Made by a program: the position numbers and the translations under genes. From IMG/VR virus record IMGVR_UViG_3300012000_000005, positions 1 through 64,000 of that record: a stretch of 64,000 bases of DNA, one strand, 5' to 3'. Source of the stretch: a virus. The notes beneath the pieces were generated by a model. That model did not search any database, was not told where the DNA came from, and was given only the letters and a program-made list of their open reading frames with translations. This document shows, piece by piece, positions 55,606 through 64,000 of this stretch (its first letter is position 1; every line of letters begins with the position of its first letter).

Positions 55606-58391
55606 TGGCACGTTACGGTCTTGATTACTATAGCGCTAAAAGTTTTCCTTTAAGCTATTACGGTCCTGACTCCCCAATCAGCTTTGTTGCTGAAGACTTT
55701 TTTGGTCAATCTGTGGGGTATGGTCAGGTAAACCTTACTTGGATTACCCCTACTGGAGCCTGGGCTAAACTTCGTATTGTAAAAAACAAGTACGGTTACC
55801 CAATTAACATAAACGATGGTCAAACAATATTTGAAACTACTAGGGGAAATGACCCTCAGTTTTACGTAGATGTAAATAGACCAAACGAACCTAAAGTATT
55901 TTACTATTCAGTTTTTGTTTTTGAAACTACTCAACTCTCTTGGGTACTAGCTGGAAGAACAACTGGTCTATCTGTCTATAACTATGGAACACAGACTCGT
56001 TTATACGACTATTTACCAGATGTAATGAAACTTGTATCACCGTATTCTGCTGGTTCTAGCACAGACAACAAAGACCTAAAAGACTTTTTATCTGTGTTTG
56101 GGTTTAAGTTTGACTATATTAAATCATTGGCTCAACTATCTAAAGAAAAGTACAATACCGAAAAAACAGTTGGCGTCCTTATCCCGCCATTACTAAATCA
56201 ATTTGGCATTACCTATGAGCCTGAGATTGGGTTTGAACGCTCAAGAGTTCTTCTAAGAGATGTTCTGCTTATTGAAAAAACTAAAGGCAGCCGTGACGGA
56301 TTAAAGAGTTACATAAAGGGGTTCACTGGTTGGGGAGTTCCACAACCACTTGCAACTACTCCAAACCCACCTGTAGAAGGAATAACCGTAAGTCACAACA
56401 TAATGTTGGACTATAACGATTCTTCTTTTGAGGAAGGTATTGGACACTGGACCTCTCCAAACTCATCAGCTTTGCTTTCTCAAGTTGGAAGAAAAGACAT
56501 CTCAGCAGTTGCTATTTCTAGTAATCAAGCTCGTTTAAAAATTGGTGCCCACGGGTTTGGAGTTGGACAAGAAATATTTATATTTAACTGTCCGTTCCCT
56601 ATCTTTAATAGTCCCGTAACCACTAAGACTATTACATCAGTAGATACAGATTCTATTTATTTTGCACTTACCGCAGCAGACTTTCCATTAAGAAACGCTT
56701 ATAACTTTGCAATTGATGAGTATCCATATGTTCTTCCTAATCCAAATCCTTGGGTAGAGAACACAACTCCAGCTCTTTTTCCAAATAAACGAAAAGGAAT
56801 ACTTGCTGTTAAGAATGCTAATGCAACACAGTCTGCAGAAATTTATATCTCCTGTGGAGACGCAAAACCTGTCACATTAGGTATACCAGTAAAAACAGGT
56901 ATTCAATATACATTTAGCGGGTACACAGCCTCTAGTGGAGCGGGTCGCTCTATACAGGCATCTATTAAATGGTATGACAGATTTGGCGCGTTGATGTCTA
57001 CCACTACAGGCACTGGCGTAACCAACACTACAAACGCATTTAGTGCTAGACCGTTTGTAACAGACCGTGCGCCTACTCGTTTATTCTTAAACGCTATTAC
57101 TAAGCCAGGAAGCGGGTATGTAAACGGTTCTTATACCAATGTGCCTTTAGTGTACGTATCTGGTAAGCAACCAACCATTGCTCCATTAGCAAATATATTT
57201 GTTGACAACGGAGCTGTGGCATCTATCTCTATCCCTAATGGTGGAGCTGGTGCCGATACAACCACAGTCTTTACTGTAAGCAATACTAACCTTGGAGGAA
57301 CTGGCTCTGGTTTTGAAATCACTGTACAAAGATGTCAAGAGTGTTATTACGCAGTTCCTCAATTTGTTTTATCTTCTGTAGGTGCTGGAAACAGCAACGA
57401 GTATCACTACTTTGATGCCTGCCAGTTTGAACAGGCAACTTCAGTGACCTCGTACGATGACGCTAGAACAGTTCACCTTACGCTAAAAGCCAACCGTATT
57501 AACGAATTATTAAATCCTAGGTTTGAGTCGCCCTATACCCCCTGGTCTGTAACCAACGCTACGGCTACAGTTGTTAGCGGAAGTGCTGAGCCTAACTTAG
57601 ACTCGTATCAGATTACCTCCAAGGTAGTAACTGGTGGGGTTGCAACATTGACTACGGATGTAGTTCATACATTTAAATCAAACGACTCTGTTGTTATTGA
57701 GAATATGGGTGCGCCTTTTGACGGAGTAAAGGTTTTAAACTCTGCTGGAGATAACGTTATTTCTTTCCCTGTCACAGGCGGTAATGTAACTAAAACGGTC
57801 ACTACAGGACAGGTTTATAAATCTGGAAATGCTCTACGAGTTACCTCTTCTGGAACTACTCAAGTACTTGTTAAGTCAACTACAACTAGCGCTGACTTAA
57901 CTAACATTCACTATCCAGACACAGCATATAGCTTTAGTTCTTATGTAAAAGCTGGCCAGGCTGGTGTTTCGGTTTCCGCGGCAATTGTTTGGTACAACAG
58001 CAATAAGACTGTTATATCTACTTCTCAGGGAACTTCTAGAGCCGCTTCAACAACTGGGTGGGTGAGACCTTCTGTAACCGCCATAGCTCCGTCTAATGCA
58101 GCTTATGCACACGTACAGCTGGTGTGGGAGCCTGCGGCACCTGGAAACATTATCTATACAGACGCTGCTCTATTTGAAAATAGCTTCTTTGTATTAGATT
58201 ACTTTGACGGTAGCACTGGCTTTAGCTCAACAGCTGAGCTCTTCTGGGAAGGCAGCACCCCTAACGCTGGGCGCAGCCATTACTACAAGAACCGAGTCTC
58301 TATTGAAAAGCGCCTTAACGCGGGTGCCCTTGATGAGTATGTTGGACTGGGGGCATCGTACGCCGTTTACCTGGCACAGCCAAAGACGTAG
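55605..58391 (+). CDS. Baseplate wedge or tail protein (P2 gpI-like) with CBM-like domains
   Basis: LY.YLP....L..FL..FG, KG...G...YI...TGW; later CBM-like repeats. Confidence 0.7.
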   Translation: MARYGLDYYSAKSFPLSYYGPDSPISFVAEDFFGQSVGYGQVNLTWITPTGAWAKLRIVKNKYGYPININDGQTIFETTRGNDPQFYVDVNRPNEPKVFYYSVFVFETTQLSWVLAGRTTGLSVYNYGTQTRLYDYLPDVMKLVSPYSAGSSTDNKDLKDFLSVFGFKFDYIKSLAQLSKEKYNTEKTVGVLIPPLLNQFGITYEPEIGFERSRVLLRDVLLIEKTKGSRDGLKSYIKGFTGWGVPQPLATTPNPPVEGITVSHNIMLDYNDSSFEEGIGHWTSPNSSALLSQVGRKDISAVAISSNQARLKIGAHGFGVGQEIFIFNCPFPIFNSPVTTKTITSVDTDSIYFALTAADFPLRNAYNFAIDEYPYVLPNPNPWVENTTPALFPNKRKGILAVKNANATQSAEIYISCGDAKPVTLGIPVKTGIQYTFSGYTASSGAGRSIQASIKWYDRFGALMSTTTGTGVTNTTNAFSARPFVTDRAPTRLFLNAITKPGSGYVNGSYTNVPLVYVSGKQPTIAPLANIFVDNGAVASISIPNGGAGADTTTVFTVSNTNLGGTGSGFEITVQRCQECYYAVPQFVLSSVGAGNSNEYHYFDACQFEQATSVTSYDDARTVHLTLKANRINELLNPRFESPYTPWSVTNATATVVSGSAEPNLDSYQITSKVVTGGVATLTTDVVHTFKSNDSVVIENMGAPFDGVKVLNSAGDNVISFPVTGGNVTKTVTTGQVYKSGNALRVTSSGTTQVLVKSTTTSADLTNIHYPDTAYSFSSYVKAGQAGVSVSAAIVWYNSNKTVISTSQGTSRAASTTGWVRPSVTAIAPSNAAYAHVQLVWEPAAPGNIIYTDAALFENSFFVLDYFDGSTGFSSTAELFWEGSTPNAGRSHYYKNRVSIEKRLNAGALDEYVGLGASYAVYLAQPKT

Positions 58392-58403
58392 TAGGATAGC
58401 GGC

Positions 58404-58685
58404 ATGCTAGACCTGATATTGATTGGTTGTTTTACGGGATTTCTATTGGCGACGATAGAGCCGTTAATTTCTATTCTGAGTATATTTATCAGTAATAGGG
58501 TTATGAACGCTATTTCCTCAATTCTTTTTTCAAGCATTGCAACATGGTTAGTTGAAGTTTCAACTATCAAAGGTTTTATTCTGTATGCGGTAGCAGGAGC
58601 TTTCCTAGGCTCTGCCCTATTGGCAGCAGTTGAACGTGTGGCAACTTATCGCCCAGCCGTTGTGCAATCCCTAAGAGAACAGTAG
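58404..58685 (+). CDS. Small multi-TM membrane protein
   Basis: Three hydrophobic segments. Confidence 0.65.
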   Translation: MLDLILIGCFTGFLLATIEPLISILSIFISNRVMNAISSILFSSIATWLVEVSTIKGFILYAVAGAFLGSALLAAVERVATYRPAVVQSLREQ

Positions 58686-58712
58686 TATCGGGTCTCCATA
58701 CAAGGAGGACCT

Positions 58713-59372
58713 ATGTCTAAATATTTTGTAATCGTTGCTGGTAACGGCACAACTAGCAGAGCAAACATAGAAGCTCTGATGGAAGACTATTACTATGCAA
58801 ACGGTGAGGGTGGAACTCTTCTTCTTCCCTACACTGATAAACCATCTCAAGGCCAAGTCTTTGCTGCACAGTATGCAAAAGACAATGGCAAAGATATTGT
58901 TGTCTTTGCTCCAGAGGGGGCGTCTCACGACAGCATCCCATCATCTAGTGCTGTACTAACTACTGAACCTTTTGCTTCTGCTGCCGATGAGGCAAAGGGA
59001 AATAACCCATCCGCCTTTATTCTGTGGGCAGATGAAGACGGCGACTCACAAGTAATACTTACTCACTGTAGAGATGCAAACATCCCGTGTTTTGATTTAA
59101 CTAATGGTCTTGGACCTTTGACCGCAACTAAAGACGCGGTACCTGTTGTTACCCCTGTTGTACCTAAACAAGAACAACTTCCTATTGCTGAGGTAGAAAC
59201 CGAAGAAGAGGAAGAGGAGGATGAAGAGGAAGACGACGAGGAGTATGAAGAGGACGAAGAGGAGCTGGAAGACCTAGACGGCCTCTATGAGGGCGTTGAG
59301 GCGGTAGCTCGAATCTTTGCTAAGGTACTGATTGAGGAGTGGAATAAGGCGAATGAAAAACCTAAGCCCTAA
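58713..59372 (+). CDS. Hypothetical protein with long acidic tract
   Basis: AGGAGG SD; poly-E/D near C-terminus. Confidence 0.7.
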   Translation: MSKYFVIVAGNGTTSRANIEALMEDYYYANGEGGTLLLPYTDKPSQGQVFAAQYAKDNGKDIVVFAPEGASHDSIPSSSAVLTTEPFASAADEAKGNNPSAFILWADEDGDSQVILTHCRDANIPCFDLTNGLGPLTATKDAVPVVTPVVPKQEQLPIAEVETEEEEEEDEEEDDEEYEEDEEELEDLDGLYEGVEAVARIFAKVLIEEWNKANEKPKP

Positions 59373-60261
59373 GGCCCTAGGCCTGCTGGTACATATAAAC
59401 CGATACGGGGCTATAAACGGCGCTGAGGGCCTTGCAGAGGCCTTTGGTACTGGGGTTAAGTCCGTCCGTACAGGCCTTACGGAACTCCGCTCTAATGGCC
59501 TTATAAGCCTTTCTAAGGGGCGTACAGGCAACGGTCATTACTGGTCTGAGGTCCTGATTACGGAGGCTGGTCAGGCTGTGGTAGAACGGTATGCCGAAAT
59601 GGCACACGGACGGAGTGCCAAAAAGGCACCCCGACGGAGTGCCAAAACAGGCAACTACATATCACCGAATAGCCACTCAGCTAATACTCCGTATAGTAAG
59701 AGAGCTAATTCAATATTAAAAGAGGGTCGGACGGAGTCCGACGAGAAAGAAGAATTTGATAAAGTCCCAATGCCGATAGGAGAGCAAATGCAAAGAGACC
59801 CAGACGACGAAGCCGAGGCCAAGAAAAAGTGGGAAGAAGAAACTCGGATAAAGCGTCGCGAAGCCAAAGAGTCTCGTCGTGTAGAAAAGATTAAACACAT
59901 TGCTTCCCGTCCCGTTGAAGACTGGACCCCGACTCAGTTAGCAGAATACTTTGCTGACCACATGAAGCAGATGAACTGGAAGATTGCTGAGTGGACTAGT
60001 CGTAGTGGGTTTAAGGGTGGCATTGAAAACCTGCGCATGAATCACAACACTAATGGGGTTATCGAAAAAGAATTGATTGATAGGTTCTTTTCAACTATTA
60101 AACATGACAAGGGACTTGACAACCCAGACCTCATATGGCGTATGTTTATCAAACGGGCACCGCAGATGTTAAATGATGCTAAGGCTTCTTTGAGAACTGA
60201 TAAAGACGTTGTAGCATTAAGAGAACAGGCTTCTAAATCATGGGAAGGTCTTGATGTATAA
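59353..60261 (+). CDS. HTH replication initiator-like protein
   Basis: N-terminal wHTH (LAEAFGTG.KSVR.GL.EL...GLI); directly upstream of DnaC-like ATPase; internal iterons. Confidence 0.65.
   Translation: MKNLSPKALGLLVHINRYGAINGAEGLAEAFGTGVKSVRTGLTELRSNGLISLSKGRTGNGHYWSEVLITEAGQAVVERYAEMAHGRSAKKAPRRSAKTGNYISPNSHSANTPYSKRANSILKEGRTESDEKEEFDKVPMPIGEQMQRDPDDEAEAKKKWEEETRIKRREAKESRRVEKIKHIASRPVEDWTPTQLAEYFADHMKQMNWKIAEWTSRSGFKGGIENLRMNHNTNGVIEKELIDRFFSTIKHDKGLDNPDLIWRMFIKRAPQMLNDAKASLRTDKDVVALREQASKSWEGLDV
59586..59653. repeat. Three 24-bp-period iteron-like repeats (candidate origin)
   Basis: ACGG..TGCC.AAA..GGCA with CGG at 59587, 59611 and 59635. Confidence 0.65.
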
Positions 60262-60943
60262 GTTAGAAGAGCAAAAGATTCGCCGTCGTACTTGGATACA
60301 GGCAGCAAACATTCCACCCGCTATGCAAGGCTGGAGATTAGAAGATTGCGTAGAGTCTGACCCAGAGGATAAAACAAAAATCATTCGTTGGATTAAGGCT
60401 GTAGAAAAGGGTTTGGTTATTAGGGCTGTTGGTAACAAGGCATGTGGCAAAGGGTTGTTGTTAGATGGAAACCCAGGCCGAGGCAAGACCACGTTGGCTT
60501 TAGCCACTTTACAGGAGATGATGCTCACTCTTCCTATAGAAGCTTTTAGTGTAAAAGATGGCGATACTCTTACAAAACCTTGCTATTTCATGACTTTCAA
60601 CGACTTTTTGGAACTTAAAGGTTCCATGATGGATGACCCGACAGATGCACAGGACACGCTCTATCATGGTGTCTTAGGAGAATGCTTGGCTGACGCCTAC
60701 AACATTCGTATACTTGTACTAGACGATGTTGGTAAGGAACACGCTGGGCTCTCTGGGTGGCAGAAGAATATGCTTCATCATCTTCTTCGCACTCGTTTTA
60801 ACAACGGACTACCTACTATCGTTACAACAAACGTAAAACTAGAAGATTGGGCAGGCCTCTACGGTGATGCTACAGAAAGTTTCGCACGTGGAGCTTTTGC
60901 CTATTTACCAATCGTGGCAGAAAAAGGAGACCTACGTCGATGA
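60254..60943 (+). CDS. DnaC/IstB-like AAA+ helicase loader
   Basis: GNPGRGKT, LVLDDVGKE, RFNNGLPTIVTTN. Confidence 0.85.
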   Translation: MYKLEEQKIRRRTWIQAANIPPAMQGWRLEDCVESDPEDKTKIIRWIKAVEKGLVIRAVGNKACGKGLLLDGNPGRGKTTLALATLQEMMLTLPIEAFSVKDGDTLTKPCYFMTFNDFLELKGSMMDDPTDAQDTLYHGVLGECLADAYNIRILVLDDVGKEHAGLSGWQKNMLHHLLRTRFNNGLPTIVTTNVKLEDWAGLYGDATESFARGAFAYLPIVAEKGDLRR

Positions 60944-61254
60944 GGAATGCGGTGAATGAAGAACTAAGACTAGTGCAGGTGTTCCTGAGTCAGTCTCAGA
61001 CGCCTGGACCAGGTATCTTTGAAGTGTCGGTTCAAGAAGGAACCGATAAATTGTTCTGCACATGCCCAGGATTCAGTGGACGAGGTTCTTGTAAACATAC
61101 AAAGTTTGTCAAAGCCCGTATTGAAAATAACAACGGCAACTATCCTCTAGAAATATCTAATCGTGCATCGAAAGAAGATGCAGACAAAGCGCGGTCTTCT
61201 AATTCACGGTTCCGCGAGTTCATTATAAAGTTCGGTAAGATAGAGGTATTCTAA
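60940..61254 (+). CDS. SWIM zinc-finger protein
   Basis: CTCPGF....CKH. Confidence 0.75.
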   Translation: MRNAVNEELRLVQVFLSQSQTPGPGIFEVSVQEGTDKLFCTCPGFSGRGSCKHTKFVKARIENNNGNYPLEISNRASKEDADKARSSNSRFREFIIKFGKIEVF

Positions 61255-61258
61255 CCCC

Positions 61259-61666
61259 GTGAAGCACGGGGACATAAGTAACGAACTGCCAAAAAGAATA
61301 CTCGTTACTACAGACATATTTTTACGAATTGAACTTACGAAGCAGCGCAAGTTTAAAATTATTCCTACCATAAAGGTAGACAAAAAAGTTGACCGAGCTG
61401 TCCTTAGTTGGCTATACCTGTACACATCTAGGACAGGAACAACACTAGAGCTTATTTCTTATGAGCTTAATGAAAATGATTTACAAGATTTTGTAGATGG
61501 ACTTGACAGACTAGGCACTAATCCATTTAGATACTTTACAGCATACCAATCGGTACAACACTTGGTTCAAGAGTTACCACTCAGACCTGAGGTTGTTGGT
61601 GTCGTTGATATACAATCAAGGATGCTAATGTACGGGCACTGGGGACGTAACATAAACGAACTATGA
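61259..61666 (+). CDS. Hypothetical protein
   Basis: ORF track, overlap with helicase start. Confidence 0.65.
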   Translation: MKHGDISNELPKRILVTTDIFLRIELTKQRKFKIIPTIKVDKKVDRAVLSWLYLYTSRTGTTLELISYELNENDLQDFVDGLDRLGTNPFRYFTAYQSVQHLVQELPLRPEVVGVVDIQSRMLMYGHWGRNINEL

Positions 61667-62886
61667 ATAATGAAACTAGATTACTAAGCAAAGTCCTAGA
61701 GGACAGGTCCATAACCCTATTGTTTGATAGGGGTGCAAGCGACCAGTGGTTTGTAGACCCAGAAAATAAAAACATATGGAAGTTAGTTCGTGAGCATTAC
61801 TTTGCTTATGGAGAGGTTCCAAGCCTTGATGTTATTACCGCTAGTTATCCAAACTATAAATTAACTCAGGCACAAGACAGCCTTGAGTATCTCGTAGATG
61901 CTGTTATTGATGAGAGACGCAGAGCATCAACTATTAAGATGGTTGATACTGCTATCAAGCACATAGAAAAACAAGACCATGAAACAGCGCTTCTTGCAAT
62001 TCAATCAAGCCTTAGCCAACTTGAGGCTGACGGTCTTAGTGGCACTAGCGATTTAGATTTAACAGTCGATGCACAAAAACGCTATGACGAATACGAATAC
62101 CGAAAGAACAACCCAGGTCTATTAGGTGTTGCAACTGGTTTTAATACTATGGACCAGGCAACAGGCGGATTACAGAACGGTCAGTTGATTGTTATCGTGG
62201 CTCCTCCAAAGACTGGTAAGTCAACTCTTGCGTTGCAGATTGCACAGAACGTTCATATGAAAGACAAGAGAGTTATGTTCCAGTCATTTGAGATGAGCAA
62301 CCACGAGCAGCTGACTCGTTACGATGCAATGAGAGCAAGGGTTTCACACAGTCGTCTTATTAACGGTTTACTTACACCAGAAGAAGAAGGACGTTACAAA
62401 GCAAAGCTTGCAAGCATTGAGAAGATGAGAGAAAAGTTTTGGTTAGTTGACTCAGCAGCGGGCATGACTGTCACTGGCATCTCCAGCAAGATACAGGTGT
62501 TGCATCCAGACGTTGTATTTATTGACGGTACATACTTGATGATTGACGAGCAGACTGGAGAGGCAAATACTCCGCAGGCTATTACCAACATTACTCGTAG
62601 CTTGAAACGCATGGCACAAAGGTTTAAGGTACCCATTGTTATTTCCACTCAGGCATTGAAGTGGAAGATGAAAAAGGGACAAGTAACTGCAGACTCAATT
62701 GGTTACTCCTCTTCTTTTCATCAAGATGCAGACGTAATATTTGGACTACAAAGAGAGGATGAAGCAGTGGACGACACTCGCGTACTAAAGATTCTAGACA
62801 GCCGTAACTCTGGCCGTGGCGAAGTAACACTTATGTGGGACTGGAACAACGGTCAATTCCGCGAACTAGAAAATGATGACCTATGA
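61663..62886 (+). CDS. dnaB: DnaB-like replicative helicase
   Basis: APPKTGKS, SFEMS, VVFIDG, LK.MA.....PIV..TQ, QDAD. Confidence 0.9.
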   Translation: MNNETRLLSKVLEDRSITLLFDRGASDQWFVDPENKNIWKLVREHYFAYGEVPSLDVITASYPNYKLTQAQDSLEYLVDAVIDERRRASTIKMVDTAIKHIEKQDHETALLAIQSSLSQLEADGLSGTSDLDLTVDAQKRYDEYEYRKNNPGLLGVATGFNTMDQATGGLQNGQLIVIVAPPKTGKSTLALQIAQNVHMKDKRVMFQSFEMSNHEQLTRYDAMRARVSHSRLINGLLTPEEEGRYKAKLASIEKMREKFWLVDSAAGMTVTGISSKIQVLHPDVVFIDGTYLMIDEQTGEANTPQAITNITRSLKRMAQRFKVPIVISTQALKWKMKKGQVTADSIGYSSSFHQDADVIFGLQREDEAVDDTRVLKILDSRNSGRGEVTLMWDWNNGQFRELENDDL

Positions 62887-63830
62887 CATTAAACGAGATG
62901 CAGGAAACGTTAGAGAGGTTAGGCCTTGAAGTCGTATCCACTAGAGGCTCAGAAATCCAAAGCTATTGTCCAGCACATGTTGAAAGAACAGGTCACGAGG
63001 ACAGAAACCCATCGTGGTGGATTAACGCTGATACAGGTGCACATATCTGTTTCTCATGCCACTACAAAGGTGGACTGCTGTCATTGGTTTCCTATATTCA
63101 AAAGTGGGACTTCGACAAATCTAAAGAGTGGCTTAATGACGGGTCATCTAACCTTGCGGCTTCTTTACAAAAAGCAATCAAACCAAAAAAAGTATTTGAA
63201 GACATTACTTACATAACCGAGTCAATGCTTGCGGCTTTTATTGACCCGCCAGCAGATGCACTTGCCTCACGCGGTCTTACATTGGCTGCAGCGCAAGAGT
63301 ATGAAGTTCTATGGAGTGAAAGACACAGCAATTGGATTACTGTTATTCGTGACCCACACACCCATAAGTTATTGGGGTGGCAAGAAAAAGGTCACAAGTC
63401 TAGATTCTTTAGAAACCAGCCTGTTGGGGTACCAAAGAGCGCAACGTTATTTGGTTACAAGCAATACAAAGGTGGGGACATGATTATTGTTGAGTCTCCG
63501 CTAGATGTAGTAAGAATGGCATCTGTTGGTATCAAAGGTGGGGTCAGCACTTACGGCTCTATGGTATCTATGCAACAGTTCAACCTAATGCGTGGAGCCG
63601 ATAGGGTTATTTTTGCTATGGACAACGATAAGGCTGGTCAAGACTCGTCAGTAAACTTGTTGATTCTTGCACAGGAATATGGCACAGACGCTTGGTTCTT
63701 TAATTACAGCAACACGGACATGAAGGATGTTGGCGCTATGAGCAAGTCTGAGATAGTCTATGGATTAGAGAACGCACGCCATATGGTAAATGGAAAGAAA
63801 GCACTAAGAGGAGAACATGCCGTTACGTAG
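62883..63830 (+). CDS. DNA primase (Zn finger + TOPRIM)
   Basis: CPAH...D..PS...CFSC; IVESPLD, DND.AG, KDVG. Confidence 0.9.
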   Translation: MTLNEMQETLERLGLEVVSTRGSEIQSYCPAHVERTGHEDRNPSWWINADTGAHICFSCHYKGGLLSLVSYIQKWDFDKSKEWLNDGSSNLAASLQKAIKPKKVFEDITYITESMLAAFIDPPADALASRGLTLAAAQEYEVLWSERHSNWITVIRDPHTHKLLGWQEKGHKSRFFRNQPVGVPKSATLFGYKQYKGGDMIIVESPLDVVRMASVGIKGGVSTYGSMVSMQQFNLMRGADRVIFAMDNDKAGQDSSVNLLILAQEYGTDAWFFNYSNTDMKDVGAMSKSEIVYGLENARHMVNGKKALRGEHAVT

Positions 63831-64000
63831 GATAAAGAAAAGACCAGCTTGGATATTTGATGTAGATGGAACATTGGCTAACGTAGATTCAATATTAAAG
63901 TACATAGTTAACAAAGATGACACTGATGATTTTAAGAAAGATTTTGATAAGTTCCACAGAGAATCCGTCCATGTTCCACCCCATCCTCATGTGGTGGACA
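63817..64000 (+). CDS. HAD-family phosphatase, PNK 3'-phosphatase-like (partial)
   Basis: ATG after GAGGAG; WIFDVDGTLA motif I. Confidence 0.75.
   Translation, partial: MPLRRIKKRPAWIFDVDGTLANVDSILKYIVNKDDTDDFKKDFDKFHRESVHVPPHPHVVD

Noticed and set aside
44614-58391. Stand-alone contractile injection system or tailocin
   Set aside because: Terminase, portal, capsid and replication genes are present, so this is a phage tail
680-63483. Many overlapping antisense or alternate-frame ORFs in the track (e.g. 8341-9021, 18849-19214, 29094-29483)
   Set aside because: Shadows of repetitive coding sequence, lacking SD and motifs
1-64000. tRNA, rRNA, integrase, prohead protease, small terminase
   Set aside because: None recognisable by eye; they may lie outside the window or among the hypothetical genes

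Overview
The whole window is part of a tailed dsDNA bacteriophage genome with myovirus (contractile-tail) morphology. The host is inferred to be an actinobacterium, possibly a freshwater low-GC one; this rests on gene content and is not proven. Layout: (i) 1-3.9 kb, leftward small putative early genes organised as five repeated promoter cassettes. Each cassette carries a perfect DnaA box and a 5' leader hairpin, and three also carry a long covarying hairpin with invariant GTTTGTGTTGGG/CCCAACACAAAC ends. (ii) 4.1-21 kb, accessory and late genes: basic micro-proteins, a secreted PA14 surface protein, lysis genes, and a tightly coupled operon of fibre adaptor, FN3/Pro-Thr-rich protein with a C-terminal Hint domain, two 2OG-Fe(II) oxygenases and a Gnt1/GT60-like GlcNAc transferase. 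(iii) 21.4-58.4 kb, morphogenesis: terminase, portal, scaffold, major capsid, collagen-like and glycine-rich fibres, GT2-TPR glycosyltransferase, sheath, tube, a chaperone with a probable +1 frameshift, tape measure and baseplate. (iv) 58.4-64 kb, replication: HTH initiator with internal 24-bp iterons, DnaC-like loader, DnaB helicase, primase and a partial HAD phosphatase. The two best candidates for undescribed systems are the DnaA-box/hairpin cassette array and the Hint + prolyl-hydroxylase + Hyp-GlcNAc-transferase module. All family calls come from motif recognition by eye; no database searches were run.
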